A stretch of 64,000 nt of DNA, from assembly GCA_963813535.1 (NCBI GenBank), contig CAWEZH010000001.1, forward strand, positions 32,001 through 96,000, in the 5' to 3' direction. The notes below the pieces were generated by a model. It saw only the letters and a program-made list of their open reading frames with translations, ran no database searches and was not told where the DNA came from. The position numbers and the translations under genes were made by a program. The first letter of the stretch is position 1. The number at the start of each line of letters is the position of its first letter. The DNA is from an uncultured Chloroflexia bacterium (GTDB lineage: Bacteria; Chloroflexota; Limnocylindria; Limnocylindrales; CSP1-4). Shown piece after piece: positions 9,623 through 17,997 of the stretch.

Positions 9623-12495
9623 CCCTCCGGCGCCTCGAGCTCGCCCGGATCGGCGAAGGCCGTGCCGCCACGCGATGCGCCGGTCGCCGACATCGCCTCG
9701 CGATAGACGGCGATCGCGTCGTCGACGCAGCACACGACGAGGTCACCCGGCATCGCTCGACGCAGCGCCGTACGGACGGCGGTCATCTCGTCGAGGACCT
9801 TGTCGGCCCTGCCCACGCGGGCCTCGCCCGCGGTCGTTGCCGAGCGGACGCCCTCGATGACATTGGTCGCCGTCTCGCCGGGTGCCCGACCTCGAAGGTT
9901 CTTGTCCTCGCGCACGATGATCTCGTCGAACGCGCCGGCCGCGATCGCGCCGTATCGGCGCTGGTCGTCGTCGCGCCGGTCGCCCGGGATGCCGAGCACG
10001 CCGATCGCCCGACCCGATCGGGCGGCGGACTTGCTCGCTCCGATCCGACCCGCCTTGGTCTGCGGCTCGACCATCATCCGCTGGACGAAGTCGGCCAGCT
10101 GGCGCATGCCATCGACGTTGTGGCAGTAGTCGATGACGACACGCACGCCGCCGACATCGAGCAGGTTGAGCCGCCCCGGCGCCTGGAAGAACGACGTCGA
10201 GAACGTGCGCAGACCCTGTCGGATGTCGTGCAGATGCGCGCCCGATGCCCACGCCGCCGCTGCGGCGGCCAGCGCGTTCGCCACGTTCATCCGCGCCCGG
10301 CCACCGAAGGTCGCCGGGATGAGGTGGGTGTAGAGGACCGGCATCTTGCGGCTCCCGAGCCGGAGCACGATCAGCTCGCCCTCCTTGGTCGGCTCGAGAC
10401 AGAACGCGGCATTGCCCCGTGACGTGTGACCGTCCACCCGGTCGAAGCCGTCTTCACCCTTCTCGGTCGCCATCGAGAACAGCACGACGCGGCCCGCACA
10501 GTGGCGGCCCATCCGGTAGACATGGCTGTCGTCGGCGTTGAGGACGGCCGTCCCGGAACGGGGAACTGCCTCGACCACCACCCCCTTCACGTTGGCGAGC
10601 TGACCGATCGAGTCGATACCGCCCAGACCGAGGTGGTCGCCGGTCACGTTGGTCACCACGGCTACGTCGTTGCGGTCGTAGCCGAGCCCTTCGCGCAGGA
10701 TGCCGCCGCGCGCGACCTCGAAGACCGCCGTATCGACCGTCGGGTTCTGCAACACCATCTGGGCCGACTTGGGCCCCGACATATCGCCCTTCTTGATGAG
10801 CCGGCCGTCGACCACGATGCCGTCGGTCGAGGTCATGCCGACCCGCCTGCCCATCAGCTTCAGGATGTGGGCGATCATCCGCACGGTCGTCGTCTTGCCG
10901 TTCGTGCCGGTCACCGCGAGGATCGGGATGCGCGACGGGTTGCCGGGCGGGAACAGGCCATCGATGACCGGCCGGGCGACGTACTGCGGCTCGCCTTCGG
11001 TCGGATGGGTGTGCATCCGGAACCCGGGCGCGGCGTTCACCTCGACGATCGCCCCGCCGGTCTCGCGGACGGGGGTCGTGATGTCGGGGCAGATGAAGTC
11101 GATTCCGGCCACATCGAGCCCGACGATCTGCGCCGCCGTCTCGGCGATCTCGACATTGTCGGGGTGGGCCTCGATCGTGCGGTCGATCGAGGTCCCGCCG
11201 GTCGACATGTTGCCGGTCAGCGCGAGCTTGATCCACGTGCCGTCGGGCGGGACGTCATCGAGGGCGTAACCCTGGACGCGGACGAGCTCCTCGGCCGCCT
11301 CGTCGAGCTTGATCCGGGTCAGCACCTTCTCGTGCCCGATGCCCCGGCGCGGGTCCTGGTTGGCAAGATCGACCAGCTGACGGACAGTGCGCTCGCCGTC
11401 GGCGGTCACGCTCGCCGGCACTCGCTCGGCGATGGCGGCGACCTTGCCGCCGATCACCAGGCAGCGGTAGTCGTTGCCAGCGACGTAGGTCTCGATCACC
11501 ACGTCCCCGGAGCGGCTCTGGGCGAGCGCACCAGGGAAGGCGGCGCGGACCTGCGCCTCCGAGCGCAGGTCGAGGTGGACGCCGCGGCCGTGGTTGCCGT
11601 CGAGCGGCTTGAGCACGCATGGGAACCCGAGTCGGGTCGCGACGCTGACGGCCTCGTCCTCGGTCGTGACGACGTCGGCGCGCGGGACCGGCAATCCGGC
11701 GCTGTCGAGCAGCCGGTTGGTCAGGCTCTTGTCCGAGGCGACGTCGACACCGATGGCCGATGTCTTCGAGGTCATCGTCGCCCGGATGCGCTGCTGGTGG
11801 ACACCGTGGCCGAACTGGACGAGCGAATGGCGGTCGAGCCGGATGAAGGGGATGTCGCGGCTGACCGCCTCGTCGATGAGCGCCTGCGTCGAGGGACCGA
11901 ACGCCTGTCGCTCGGCCAGCCGGATGAGACGCTCGAGCTCGTTCGCGAAGTCGAAGAAGAAAGCCTCGTCGTCGGGCGCGACCAGGTGGTTGACCAGGGC
12001 GACGGCCATCTTGCCGGCCTCGAGGCCGACCGCCTCCTCCTTGTACTCGTAGATGCAGTTGTACTGGCCGTGCACGCCCGCCGAGCGGGTCTTCCCGTGC
12101 CGAACGTCGGTGCCGGCAAGGTTCTGGAACTCGAGTGCGATGTGCTCGGCGATGTGGCCGGCCCACGTGCCCTCCTGGAGCCTCGTGACGAAGCCACCGC
12201 GACGGCCCAGCGAGCAGGCGTGGTCCTCGAGCGTGGGCAGGAGCGCGACGAGGGCGTCGCTGAACCCCGGGAGGCGGTTCGACGGGAACTCCTCGAGGAT
12301 GCCGAGGTCGACCAGCATCCGGATGACCGGCTCCCGCGCCCAGTAGTTCGGCCCGCGCAGCACGCGGGTCTCCAGGATCCGCAGCGTCGGCAGCGGCGTC
12401 GTGGGGACCGCCGTGGCAGGTGGCGTCGCCGACGCCGCGGTGCGCTTGGCGCGCGGGCGCTTGGGCTTGGCGGTCGGCTCGGCCGTCTCGGTCAC
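9619..12495 (-). CDS. cphA: Cyanophycin synthetase CphA1
   Basis: N domain with Cx19HxxEH (CSLGRRGG...GHIAEH); ATP-grasp (KPLDGNHGRGV, NMSTGG, EVNAAPGFRMH); Mur ligase (VTGTNGKTT, EVARGGILREGLG, DHLG, PGRLN, DYCHN). AGGAGG precedes GTG 12495. Confidence 0.96.
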   Translation of the reverse strand: MTETAEPTAKPKRPRAKRTAASATPPATAVPTTPLPTLRILETRVLRGPNYWAREPVIRMLVDLGILEEFPSNRLPGFSDALVALLPTLEDHACSLGRRGGFVTRLQEGTWAGHIAEHIALEFQNLAGTDVRHGKTRSAGVHGQYNCIYEYKEEAVGLEAGKMAVALVNHLVAPDDEAFFFDFANELERLIRLAERQAFGPSTQALIDEAVSRDIPFIRLDRHSLVQFGHGVHQQRIRATMTSKTSAIGVDVASDKSLTNRLLDSAGLPVPRADVVTTEDEAVSVATRLGFPCVLKPLDGNHGRGVHLDLRSEAQVRAAFPGALAQSRSGDVVIETYVAGNDYRCLVIGGKVAAIAERVPASVTADGERTVRQLVDLANQDPRRGIGHEKVLTRIKLDEAAEELVRVQGYALDDVPPDGTWIKLALTGNMSTGGTSIDRTIEAHPDNVEIAETAAQIVGLDVAGIDFICPDITTPVRETGGAIVEVNAAPGFRMHTHPTEGEPQYVARPVIDGLFPPGNPSRIPILAVTGTNGKTTTVRMIAHILKLMGRRVGMTSTDGIVVDGRLIKKGDMSGPKSAQMVLQNPTVDTAVFEVARGGILREGLGYDRNDVAVVTNVTGDHLGLGGIDSIGQLANVKGVVVEAVPRSGTAVLNADDSHVYRMGRHCAGRVVLFSMATEKGEDGFDRVDGHTSRGNAAFCLEPTKEGELIVLRLGSRKMPVLYTHLIPATFGGRARMNVANALAAAAAAWASGAHLHDIRQGLRTFSTSFFQAPGRLNLLDVGGVRVVIDYCHNVDGMRQLADFVQRMMVEPQTKAGRIGASKSAARSGRAIGVLGIPGDRRDDDQRRYGAIAAGAFDEIIVREDKNLRGRAPGETATNVIEGVRSATTAGEARVGRADKVLDEMTAVRTALRRAMPGDLVVCCVDDAIAVYREAMSATGASRGGTAFADPGELEAPEG

Positions 12496-12544
12496 GCTCG
12501 CCCTCCTGCGCACACGGGATGGTCCGTCAGTGTACGGCGATACG

Positions 12545-12979
12545 TCAGGCCAGCCGGACCCGGCGTGGCGTGATCCGAACAGGCACCGAAAAGTCGCGTG
12601 CCACGTCCGCCACCTCCATCTCCCAATGCGCGTGCGGCTCCAGGTACTTGGCGTGGTACGCGCGATGCCGATCGGATGGCGGTACGGACGGATCGATCGC
12701 CGCGGTGCCTTCGATGACCAGGTAGTGGTCGCCGTAGGGATCCGACTGGAGGTGGAACGAGACCTGCGGGGAGTGCGCGAGGTTGCGCAGCTTGGCCGTG
12801 TCGGGCTGGCTGTAGAACAGGATCGTGTCGTTCTCCTGCAGGAAGGAGATCACCGACGATTGCGGTCGACCATCCGGCGCGACGGTCGTCAGCCAGGCGA
12901 CGACGTCCCTCCCAAGGTGTTCGCGAGCCCAGACGGCGTCGGCGCGTCGCAGGGCACTGTCCAGCGGGCTCTCGTCCAT
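12545..12979 (-). CDS. PPOX-class (split beta-barrel) putative F420-dependent oxidoreductase
   Basis: VAWLTTVAPDGRPQSS, YSQPDTAKLRNL..SPQVS, IEGTA: typical PNPOx-like/FDOR pattern. Confidence 0.75.
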   Translation of the reverse strand: MDESPLDSALRRADAVWAREHLGRDVVAWLTTVAPDGRPQSSVISFLQENDTILFYSQPDTAKLRNLAHSPQVSFHLQSDPYGDHYLVIEGTAAIDPSVPPSDRHRAYHAKYLEPHAHWEMEVADVARDFSVPVRITPRRVRLA

Positions 12980-12995
12980 CCGGTCTCCTCGACGG

Positions 12996-13832
12996 TCAGC
13001 TCGAAGCGGCTTCGCCGCCGGGCAGCGCGTGGAGCGTCGGCGCGAGCACGCGCTCCCGTCGCTGGAGGTCGAACCGGTAGCCCGCCGGGAGCGAGTGCAA
13101 GACGACGCCGCTGATCATCAGCGGTCGGTGGCCCTTGACCTCCCACGCATCGGTCTCCGAGCGGGCCCCGTCCACGACCGTGATCGAGCCGCGCCCGATG
13201 ACCTCCATGATGTGGTCTGGTCCGACCACGCCGGCGGTGTCCTCGTCGACACCGAGGCCGAGCAGGGACGGGTTCTGGGCGATCAGGCTGAGCAGCCGCC
13301 CGAGCCGGTTCCGCTGCTGGAAGTGCTGGTCGATGATCACGCCGGGCAGCACCCCGAGCCCGGCGGCGATCTGCGCCATGCGATGTTTCGGTGTCGCACC
13401 GGACGCGCCGAAGGCGATCATGTGGCTCGACATCGCCGAGGCGCCCGCGCTGGTGCCGGCGACGACGGCGCCCTTGCGGAACTGCTCCAGGACGGCGTCG
13501 GCCAGGCGTGTCCCGCCGATGATCGACGACAGCCGGAGCTGGTTGCCACCGGTCATGAACACGCCTGTCGCATCACGCAACGCGAGGCCCACGGTGTCGT
13601 CGTTCGCCTGGGCGCGCGTGACGGCGTGGATCGCTCGGACCTTGCTCACGCCGAGCTCGCCGAGGACCTGCTTGTAGCGCTCACCGGCCAGCTCGCCGAG
13701 CGACGAGGCCGTCGATATGACCGCGACGGTCGCATCGCGACCGCCGGCGAGGCTGGCGAAACGGCTGAGGATGACGCGGTCGCGGACCTTGTCCTCCGCG
13801 CCGCCGATGATGATGACGTGTCCGTCGCTCAC
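12996..13832 (-). CDS. cphB: Cyanophycinase (intracellular)
   Basis: IIGGAEDK, FMTGGNQLRL, GTSAGA (Ser), DQHFQQRNRLGRL (His), GVDEDTA (Glu); no signal peptide. Confidence 0.95.
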   Translation of the reverse strand: MSDGHVIIIGGAEDKVRDRVILSRFASLAGGRDATVAVISTASSLGELAGERYKQVLGELGVSKVRAIHAVTRAQANDDTVGLALRDATGVFMTGGNQLRLSSIIGGTRLADAVLEQFRKGAVVAGTSAGASAMSSHMIAFGASGATPKHRMAQIAAGLGVLPGVIIDQHFQQRNRLGRLLSLIAQNPSLLGLGVDEDTAGVVGPDHIMEVIGRGSITVVDGARSETDAWEVKGHRPLMISGVVLHSLPAGYRFDLQRRERVLAPTLHALPGGEAASS

Positions 13833-13939
13833 GGGCGTTGGCTGGGCTCCCAGGGCGTCGATTCGTTCGCGACAGGATACCCGGCCCGTCCGGCATCCGG
13901 CGGCGGCGGCTCGGGGATGCCGTGCGAGAATGCCGGCGC

Positions 13940-14824
13940 ATGGCCGACACCCAGCGACCGCCGGAGCTGCAACCGGTCCCGGGCACGGCCCGGGGACGCG
14001 GACGTGTCGTCGTCGGCTGGCAGGACCTGTTCGGTCAGCCGAACCGGCGGCGGGCGGGGGTGTACCGCCGCGCGATCCGTCGCGAGATCTCGCGCTTGCG
14101 GGACCACCGCCGCCTGATCGCGATCGTGCTGATCGGCCTGGTCTTCTCGCTGCTGGCCGCCGGCATGATCGGACGGGGCGATGCCGCCGGCGCGGACGCT
14201 CGTGCCTACTGGGCAGGCGTCCGGATCTGGCTCAACGGGGGCGATCCCTACCACCCCACCGGTCCGTTCCTGCCATACGTCTACGCGCCGTGGATGCTGC
14301 CGCTCTTCGCGCCGTGGGCGCTGCTGCCGTGGGACGTCGCCTGGGTCGTGTGGCGCGTCGGGACGATCCTGCTGCTGCTCTGGACCGTCGACTGGGCGTA
14401 CCGCCGTCAGCCGCTCCTGACCGCCGTGATCATCGTGCTCCTGGCCTTCCCGGTCGGCGCCAACCTCGACACCGGCAACATCAACCTCCAGCTCACACTG
14501 ATGCTGTGGGCAGCGCAGTTCACCGGTCCGCGGCTGGGTGGCCTGCTGTGGGCGCTGGCCACATGGATGAAGTGGGTGCCGATCATCGTCTGGCCGATCC
14601 TGCCGTCGGCGACGCGCCGCTGGGGCCTGGTCTGGCTCGCGGTATCGATCGGACTCAGCGTGATCCTGCTGCCATTGACGATCGTCCAGTTCCAGACGCT
14701 GTTCGGCTTCGGGGCACGGCCGATCCGGCTCGACTACCTCGTCTACCTGTGGGCGTTCATCCCGTGGGCATACCGGCGGCTCGACGCTCGGAGCGCGGCG
14801 GCTCCACGACCGGCCGCAGCGTGA
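13940..14824 (+). CDS. GT-C fold glycosyltransferase (GT87-like) membrane protein
   Basis: DARAYW...GGDPY...PYVYAPW, GNIN, K-W-P motif and multiple TM helices. Confidence 0.7.
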   Translation: MADTQRPPELQPVPGTARGRGRVVVGWQDLFGQPNRRRAGVYRRAIRREISRLRDHRRLIAIVLIGLVFSLLAAGMIGRGDAAGADARAYWAGVRIWLNGGDPYHPTGPFLPYVYAPWMLPLFAPWALLPWDVAWVVWRVGTILLLLWTVDWAYRRQPLLTAVIIVLLAFPVGANLDTGNINLQLTLMLWAAQFTGPRLGGLLWALATWMKWVPIIVWPILPSATRRWGLVWLAVSIGLSVILLPLTIVQFQTLFGFGARPIRLDYLVYLWAFIPWAYRRLDARSAAAPRPAAA

Positions 14825-16085
14825 TCGCCGCGATCACGTAGTAGACCGCCCCGAGGAGGTAGGCGGCGCGCGGTCCCGCCCCGAGGCCAAGACCGATGTT
14901 CACGGTGTCGAGCAGGAGGCCGGCCGTCGCGACGGCGATCACGGTGGCGGACGTCGTGGCGACGTTCGACAGCCCCATGTAGCGCCCCGATGACGCCTTG
15001 GGGATGATGTCGGTCATCAGTGCCCAGTCGACCGCCAGGAACGTGCCGGCCGAAGCACCGAACAGCGCTCCGCCGACGATCGCTACGGACGTCGAGGGGG
15101 CGAGCGCAGCCAGCATGACCCCGATCCCCCCGATCAGACAGCTGGCGTAGATGACCGGCTTGCGGCCGATCCGGTCCGACAGGCGCGCGGACGGGATGAT
15201 CGACACGATGCTTGTGACCGCGATCGTGGCGAGCAAGACGAAGTTCGTCGAGTTGGCACCGTCCTCGTCGAGCCCGTGGGTCTGCTTCAGGTACGTGATG
15301 AACAGGTTGACGAGGACGGCGCCGCCCATGAGGAAGAAGAACCGCGAGGTCAGCAACCAGACGTAGGACCGCTCCTGGAGGACGTCGGTCGCCCACGCCT
15401 CGCGAGCGATGACGGACCACGACCTGCCCTTCCGGGGCTTCGGTGGCTGACCCTCGCCGACCCGCGCGACGACGGCGATCATCGTCACCAGTTCGACCAC
15501 CGCCACCGCCGCGATGGCCAGCTCGATCCGGTTGTAGACGACCACGGCGATCGTGACCAGGGCGAAGCCGATGACGTTGCCGAGGACCTGCATCAGGCCG
15601 ACCATGGCGCTGGCCAACCCGACCTGCTTCTCCGGCACGAGGTCGGGCACGTATCCCTGGAACGGACCTCGGGCGATGTTCGTGCTGAACGCCAGGAGGG
15701 CAACGAAGGCGCCGAGCATCAGGATCGTGCTCGACAGCGCGATGCCGGTCAGGAAGACGAGGTCGAGCAGCGACCCGACGACGATGTACGGCTTGCGTCG
15801 ACCCCAGCGGCTGACGGTGTAGTCGCTGATCGAACCGATCGTCGGCTGGACGAGGATCGAGATCACCGCCACCGGGATCGAGAGCAAGAACAGGATCCGG
15901 CCGACCTCGTTGGGATCCACCGCCATCGGCCCGAAGTTGAGGCGGTTCTGGATGAACACGCCGACCGCGCCGTCGATCGCGGTCAGGCCCAGCCAGTACA
16001 GCGAGATCCGGATCAGGTGGCCGATCGGCAGCGTGGCGGTCGGTCGGAGATAGGGCTCGTCTGCGAGCGTTGCTTCTGCCTGCAT
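14757..16085 (-). CDS. MFS transporter
   Basis: About 12 TM helices; GSISDYTVSRWGRRKPY and LSDRIGRK loop motifs. Confidence 0.9.
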   Translation of the reverse strand: MQAEATLADEPYLRPTATLPIGHLIRISLYWLGLTAIDGAVGVFIQNRLNFGPMAVDPNEVGRILFLLSIPVAVISILVQPTIGSISDYTVSRWGRRKPYIVVGSLLDLVFLTGIALSSTILMLGAFVALLAFSTNIARGPFQGYVPDLVPEKQVGLASAMVGLMQVLGNVIGFALVTIAVVVYNRIELAIAAVAVVELVTMIAVVARVGEGQPPKPRKGRSWSVIAREAWATDVLQERSYVWLLTSRFFFLMGGAVLVNLFITYLKQTHGLDEDGANSTNFVLLATIAVTSIVSIIPSARLSDRIGRKPVIYASCLIGGIGVMLAALAPSTSVAIVGGALFGASAGTFLAVDWALMTDIIPKASSGRYMGLSNVATTSATVIAVATAGLLLDTVNIGLGLGAGPRAAYLLGAVYYVIAAITLRPVVEPPRSERRAAGMPTG

Positions 16086-16140
16086 CGCGAGGCACCTCTT
16101 GGGCCGAGGATGTCGGACGCTCTATGCCCTCGGTCGAATG

Positions 16141-16860
16141 CTACGACGCGCCCGTCGGTCTCCCGTTACGGTCGAGGTCGATGGCCTGCGTCTGGCGGAC
16201 CAGCCGCCGGTCGACGGCGCCCGGCGCGGCGAACCGGAACAGCGACCGATCGAGCGAATACAGGCCGGTGCTGACGATGCCGATGCGACCGAGGCGGAAC
16301 GTGAAGACGGGGTTCTCCGTGTTGCCGGCGTAGTGGGTCGGCGTGCCATCCCGGGTCAGGACCGCGAGATTGGCGTGTCCGCCGAACTCGTCGTGGAGGC
16401 GCGCGAGGGTCCTCGCCGATGGTTCATCCGGGCGCCAGGCGTCCTCGAGCCAGCGTTCGGCGACCTCCGTGTCGGCACGCCCGTGGATGCGACCTTGCTG
16501 CTGATATCGGGTCCGAGCCGGTCGCCAGTCGCGAAGGTCACCGTTGTGCGAGAAGGCGAAGCGGCCATCCGGGTCGTCGAACGGCTGCGAATCGGGCAAC
16601 TGGAGGGTGGACAGCCGCGACGGTCGCCGGAGGTGGACGAGCAACGCCGTCGTCTCCTCCCGGCCGACGCGGGCTGCTCCGTCGGTGTCATCGCGGAACG
16701 CCTGCAGGTCGCGGTGACTGCACAGCCGCCCGTCGGCCCGAAGCCAGGATGCGCCCCAGCCGAAGCCCGCCAGCCCGAACCGCTCGAGCCGTTCCGTGAA
16801 TGGCCCCAGCTCGGCGATCTGAAAGGGCTCAGCGGATCGCGCGATGAACTGCTCGCACAT
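16141..16860 (-). CDS. Class II glutamine amidotransferase / Ntn hydrolase (EgtC/DUG3-like)
   Basis: N-terminal M-C nucleophile (MCEQF), GWG, HLRR, DSQPF, FSHNG, DTE. TATCAT lies 7 nt before ATG 16860. Confidence 0.78.
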   Translation of the reverse strand: MCEQFIARSAEPFQIAELGPFTERLERFGLAGFGWGASWLRADGRLCSHRDLQAFRDDTDGAARVGREETTALLVHLRRPSRLSTLQLPDSQPFDDPDGRFAFSHNGDLRDWRPARTRYQQQGRIHGRADTEVAERWLEDAWRPDEPSARTLARLHDEFGGHANLAVLTRDGTPTHYAGNTENPVFTFRLGRIGIVSTGLYSLDRSLFRFAAPGAVDRRLVRQTQAIDLDRNGRPTGAS

Positions 16861-16901
16861 CGCCGGGATGATACGCGCCGACCGCGGTGCGACAGGGCCG
16901 A

Positions 16902-17195
16902 TCAGGGCGCGAGGCGGCTCCTGATCTCGTGTTCGTACTCGGGGAAGTAGCGGCTCACCTCCGACACGTCGAACGAGCGCAGGATCGACTCCTTCGGTTC
17001 GCGTTCGAGAAGAAAATCGAAGGTCTCGTAGAGAAGCCGCTCGACATCGGCGGCGTCGGCGGCCGCGGCAAGGCTCGTGGCGTCGGAGGCTGCGATGGTG
17101 ACGGCGTGACTCGACGAGCCGCGGTCGTCGCGCACGGTCACGGTGCAGCGCCAACCGTCGGGCGCCGGCTCGCATCGGGCATCGATGTCGCTCAT
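16902..17195 (-). CDS. Small conserved-looking hypothetical protein coupled to nei
   Basis: ATGA overlap with the nei stop; ordered sequence FDFLLEREPKESILRSFDV..VSRYFPEYE; host-like codon usage. Confidence 0.7.
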   Translation of the reverse strand: MSDIDARCEPAPDGWRCTVTVRDDRGSSSHAVTIAASDATSLAAAADAADVERLLYETFDFLLEREPKESILRSFDVSEVSRYFPEYEHEIRSRLAP

Positions 17196-17977
17196 CGCGG
17201 TCCACTCTGGCAGGTCGGGCACCAGTACGTCGTGCGTGGGATCTCCGTGGACAACGGACCCGAGCGGATCAGGGTGCCGCACCGCGGACACGGTCGTCCG
17301 GCGCGCCGGTACACCCGCATCGGAACCCGACCGGGTGCGGCAGCGGCACCGTGCGTGAGCAACCGGCGAGCGGTCGTGACCAGCCGGCCCAGCGTGGCAT
17401 CGTCGAGGTCAGCCACGGCGACGAATGGATCGACGCGCTCGGCAAACAGCGTCTCGTTGCGCCAGATGTTGCCGATGCCGGCCAGTGCCCGCTGATCCAG
17501 GAGCGCGGCGCTGATCGACATCGATGAGCGTTCGGGAGAGCGCAACCGACGCTGCGCTTCCGCCGAGTCGAAGTCGGGCGACAGCAGATCGGGTCCAAGC
17601 CGGGACAGGGACGGATGGAGGGGTTCCGCGCGGGACTCGAACAGCTCGACGACCGGCGCGTCGAAGCAGACCGCGACCGCGCCATCGACCTCGAGCACCA
17701 ACCGGGCTCGACCCGGTGGTCGACGCCACCGCTCACCCGGCCGATAGCGGTGCCAGGAGCCGTTCATCCGCAGATGCGTCCGGAGCTCGAGACCGCCATC
17801 GAAGCGGATCAACAGGTTCTTGCCGTGCGCTTCGACCGCGTCGACGCGCTTGCCAACCACCCGTTGGATCTGTGGGACCGCTCCGGGACCCTGGGCTCGC
17901 GCCGCGATCACGTCCCGGCCGACGAGGTACGGTCGCAGACCCGCCGCGGTCCGGAAGAGCGTGTCGCCCTCAGGCAT
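17192..17977 (-). CDS. nei: Fpg/Nei family DNA glycosylase (Nei2-like)
   Basis: MPEGD N-terminus, GKNL, HLRMNGSW, LLDQRALAGIGN H2TH motif, CPRC...WCPTCQ zinc finger. Confidence 0.93.
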   Translation of the reverse strand: MPEGDTLFRTAAGLRPYLVGRDVIAARAQGPGAVPQIQRVVGKRVDAVEAHGKNLLIRFDGGLELRTHLRMNGSWHRYRPGERWRRPPGRARLVLEVDGAVAVCFDAPVVELFESRAEPLHPSLSRLGPDLLSPDFDSAEAQRRLRSPERSSMSISAALLDQRALAGIGNIWRNETLFAERVDPFVAVADLDDATLGRLVTTARRLLTHGAAAAPGRVPMRVYRRAGRPCPRCGTLIRSGPLSTEIPRTTYWCPTCQSGPR

Positions 17978-17997
17978 GCGTGCCGATCAGCCCACGC

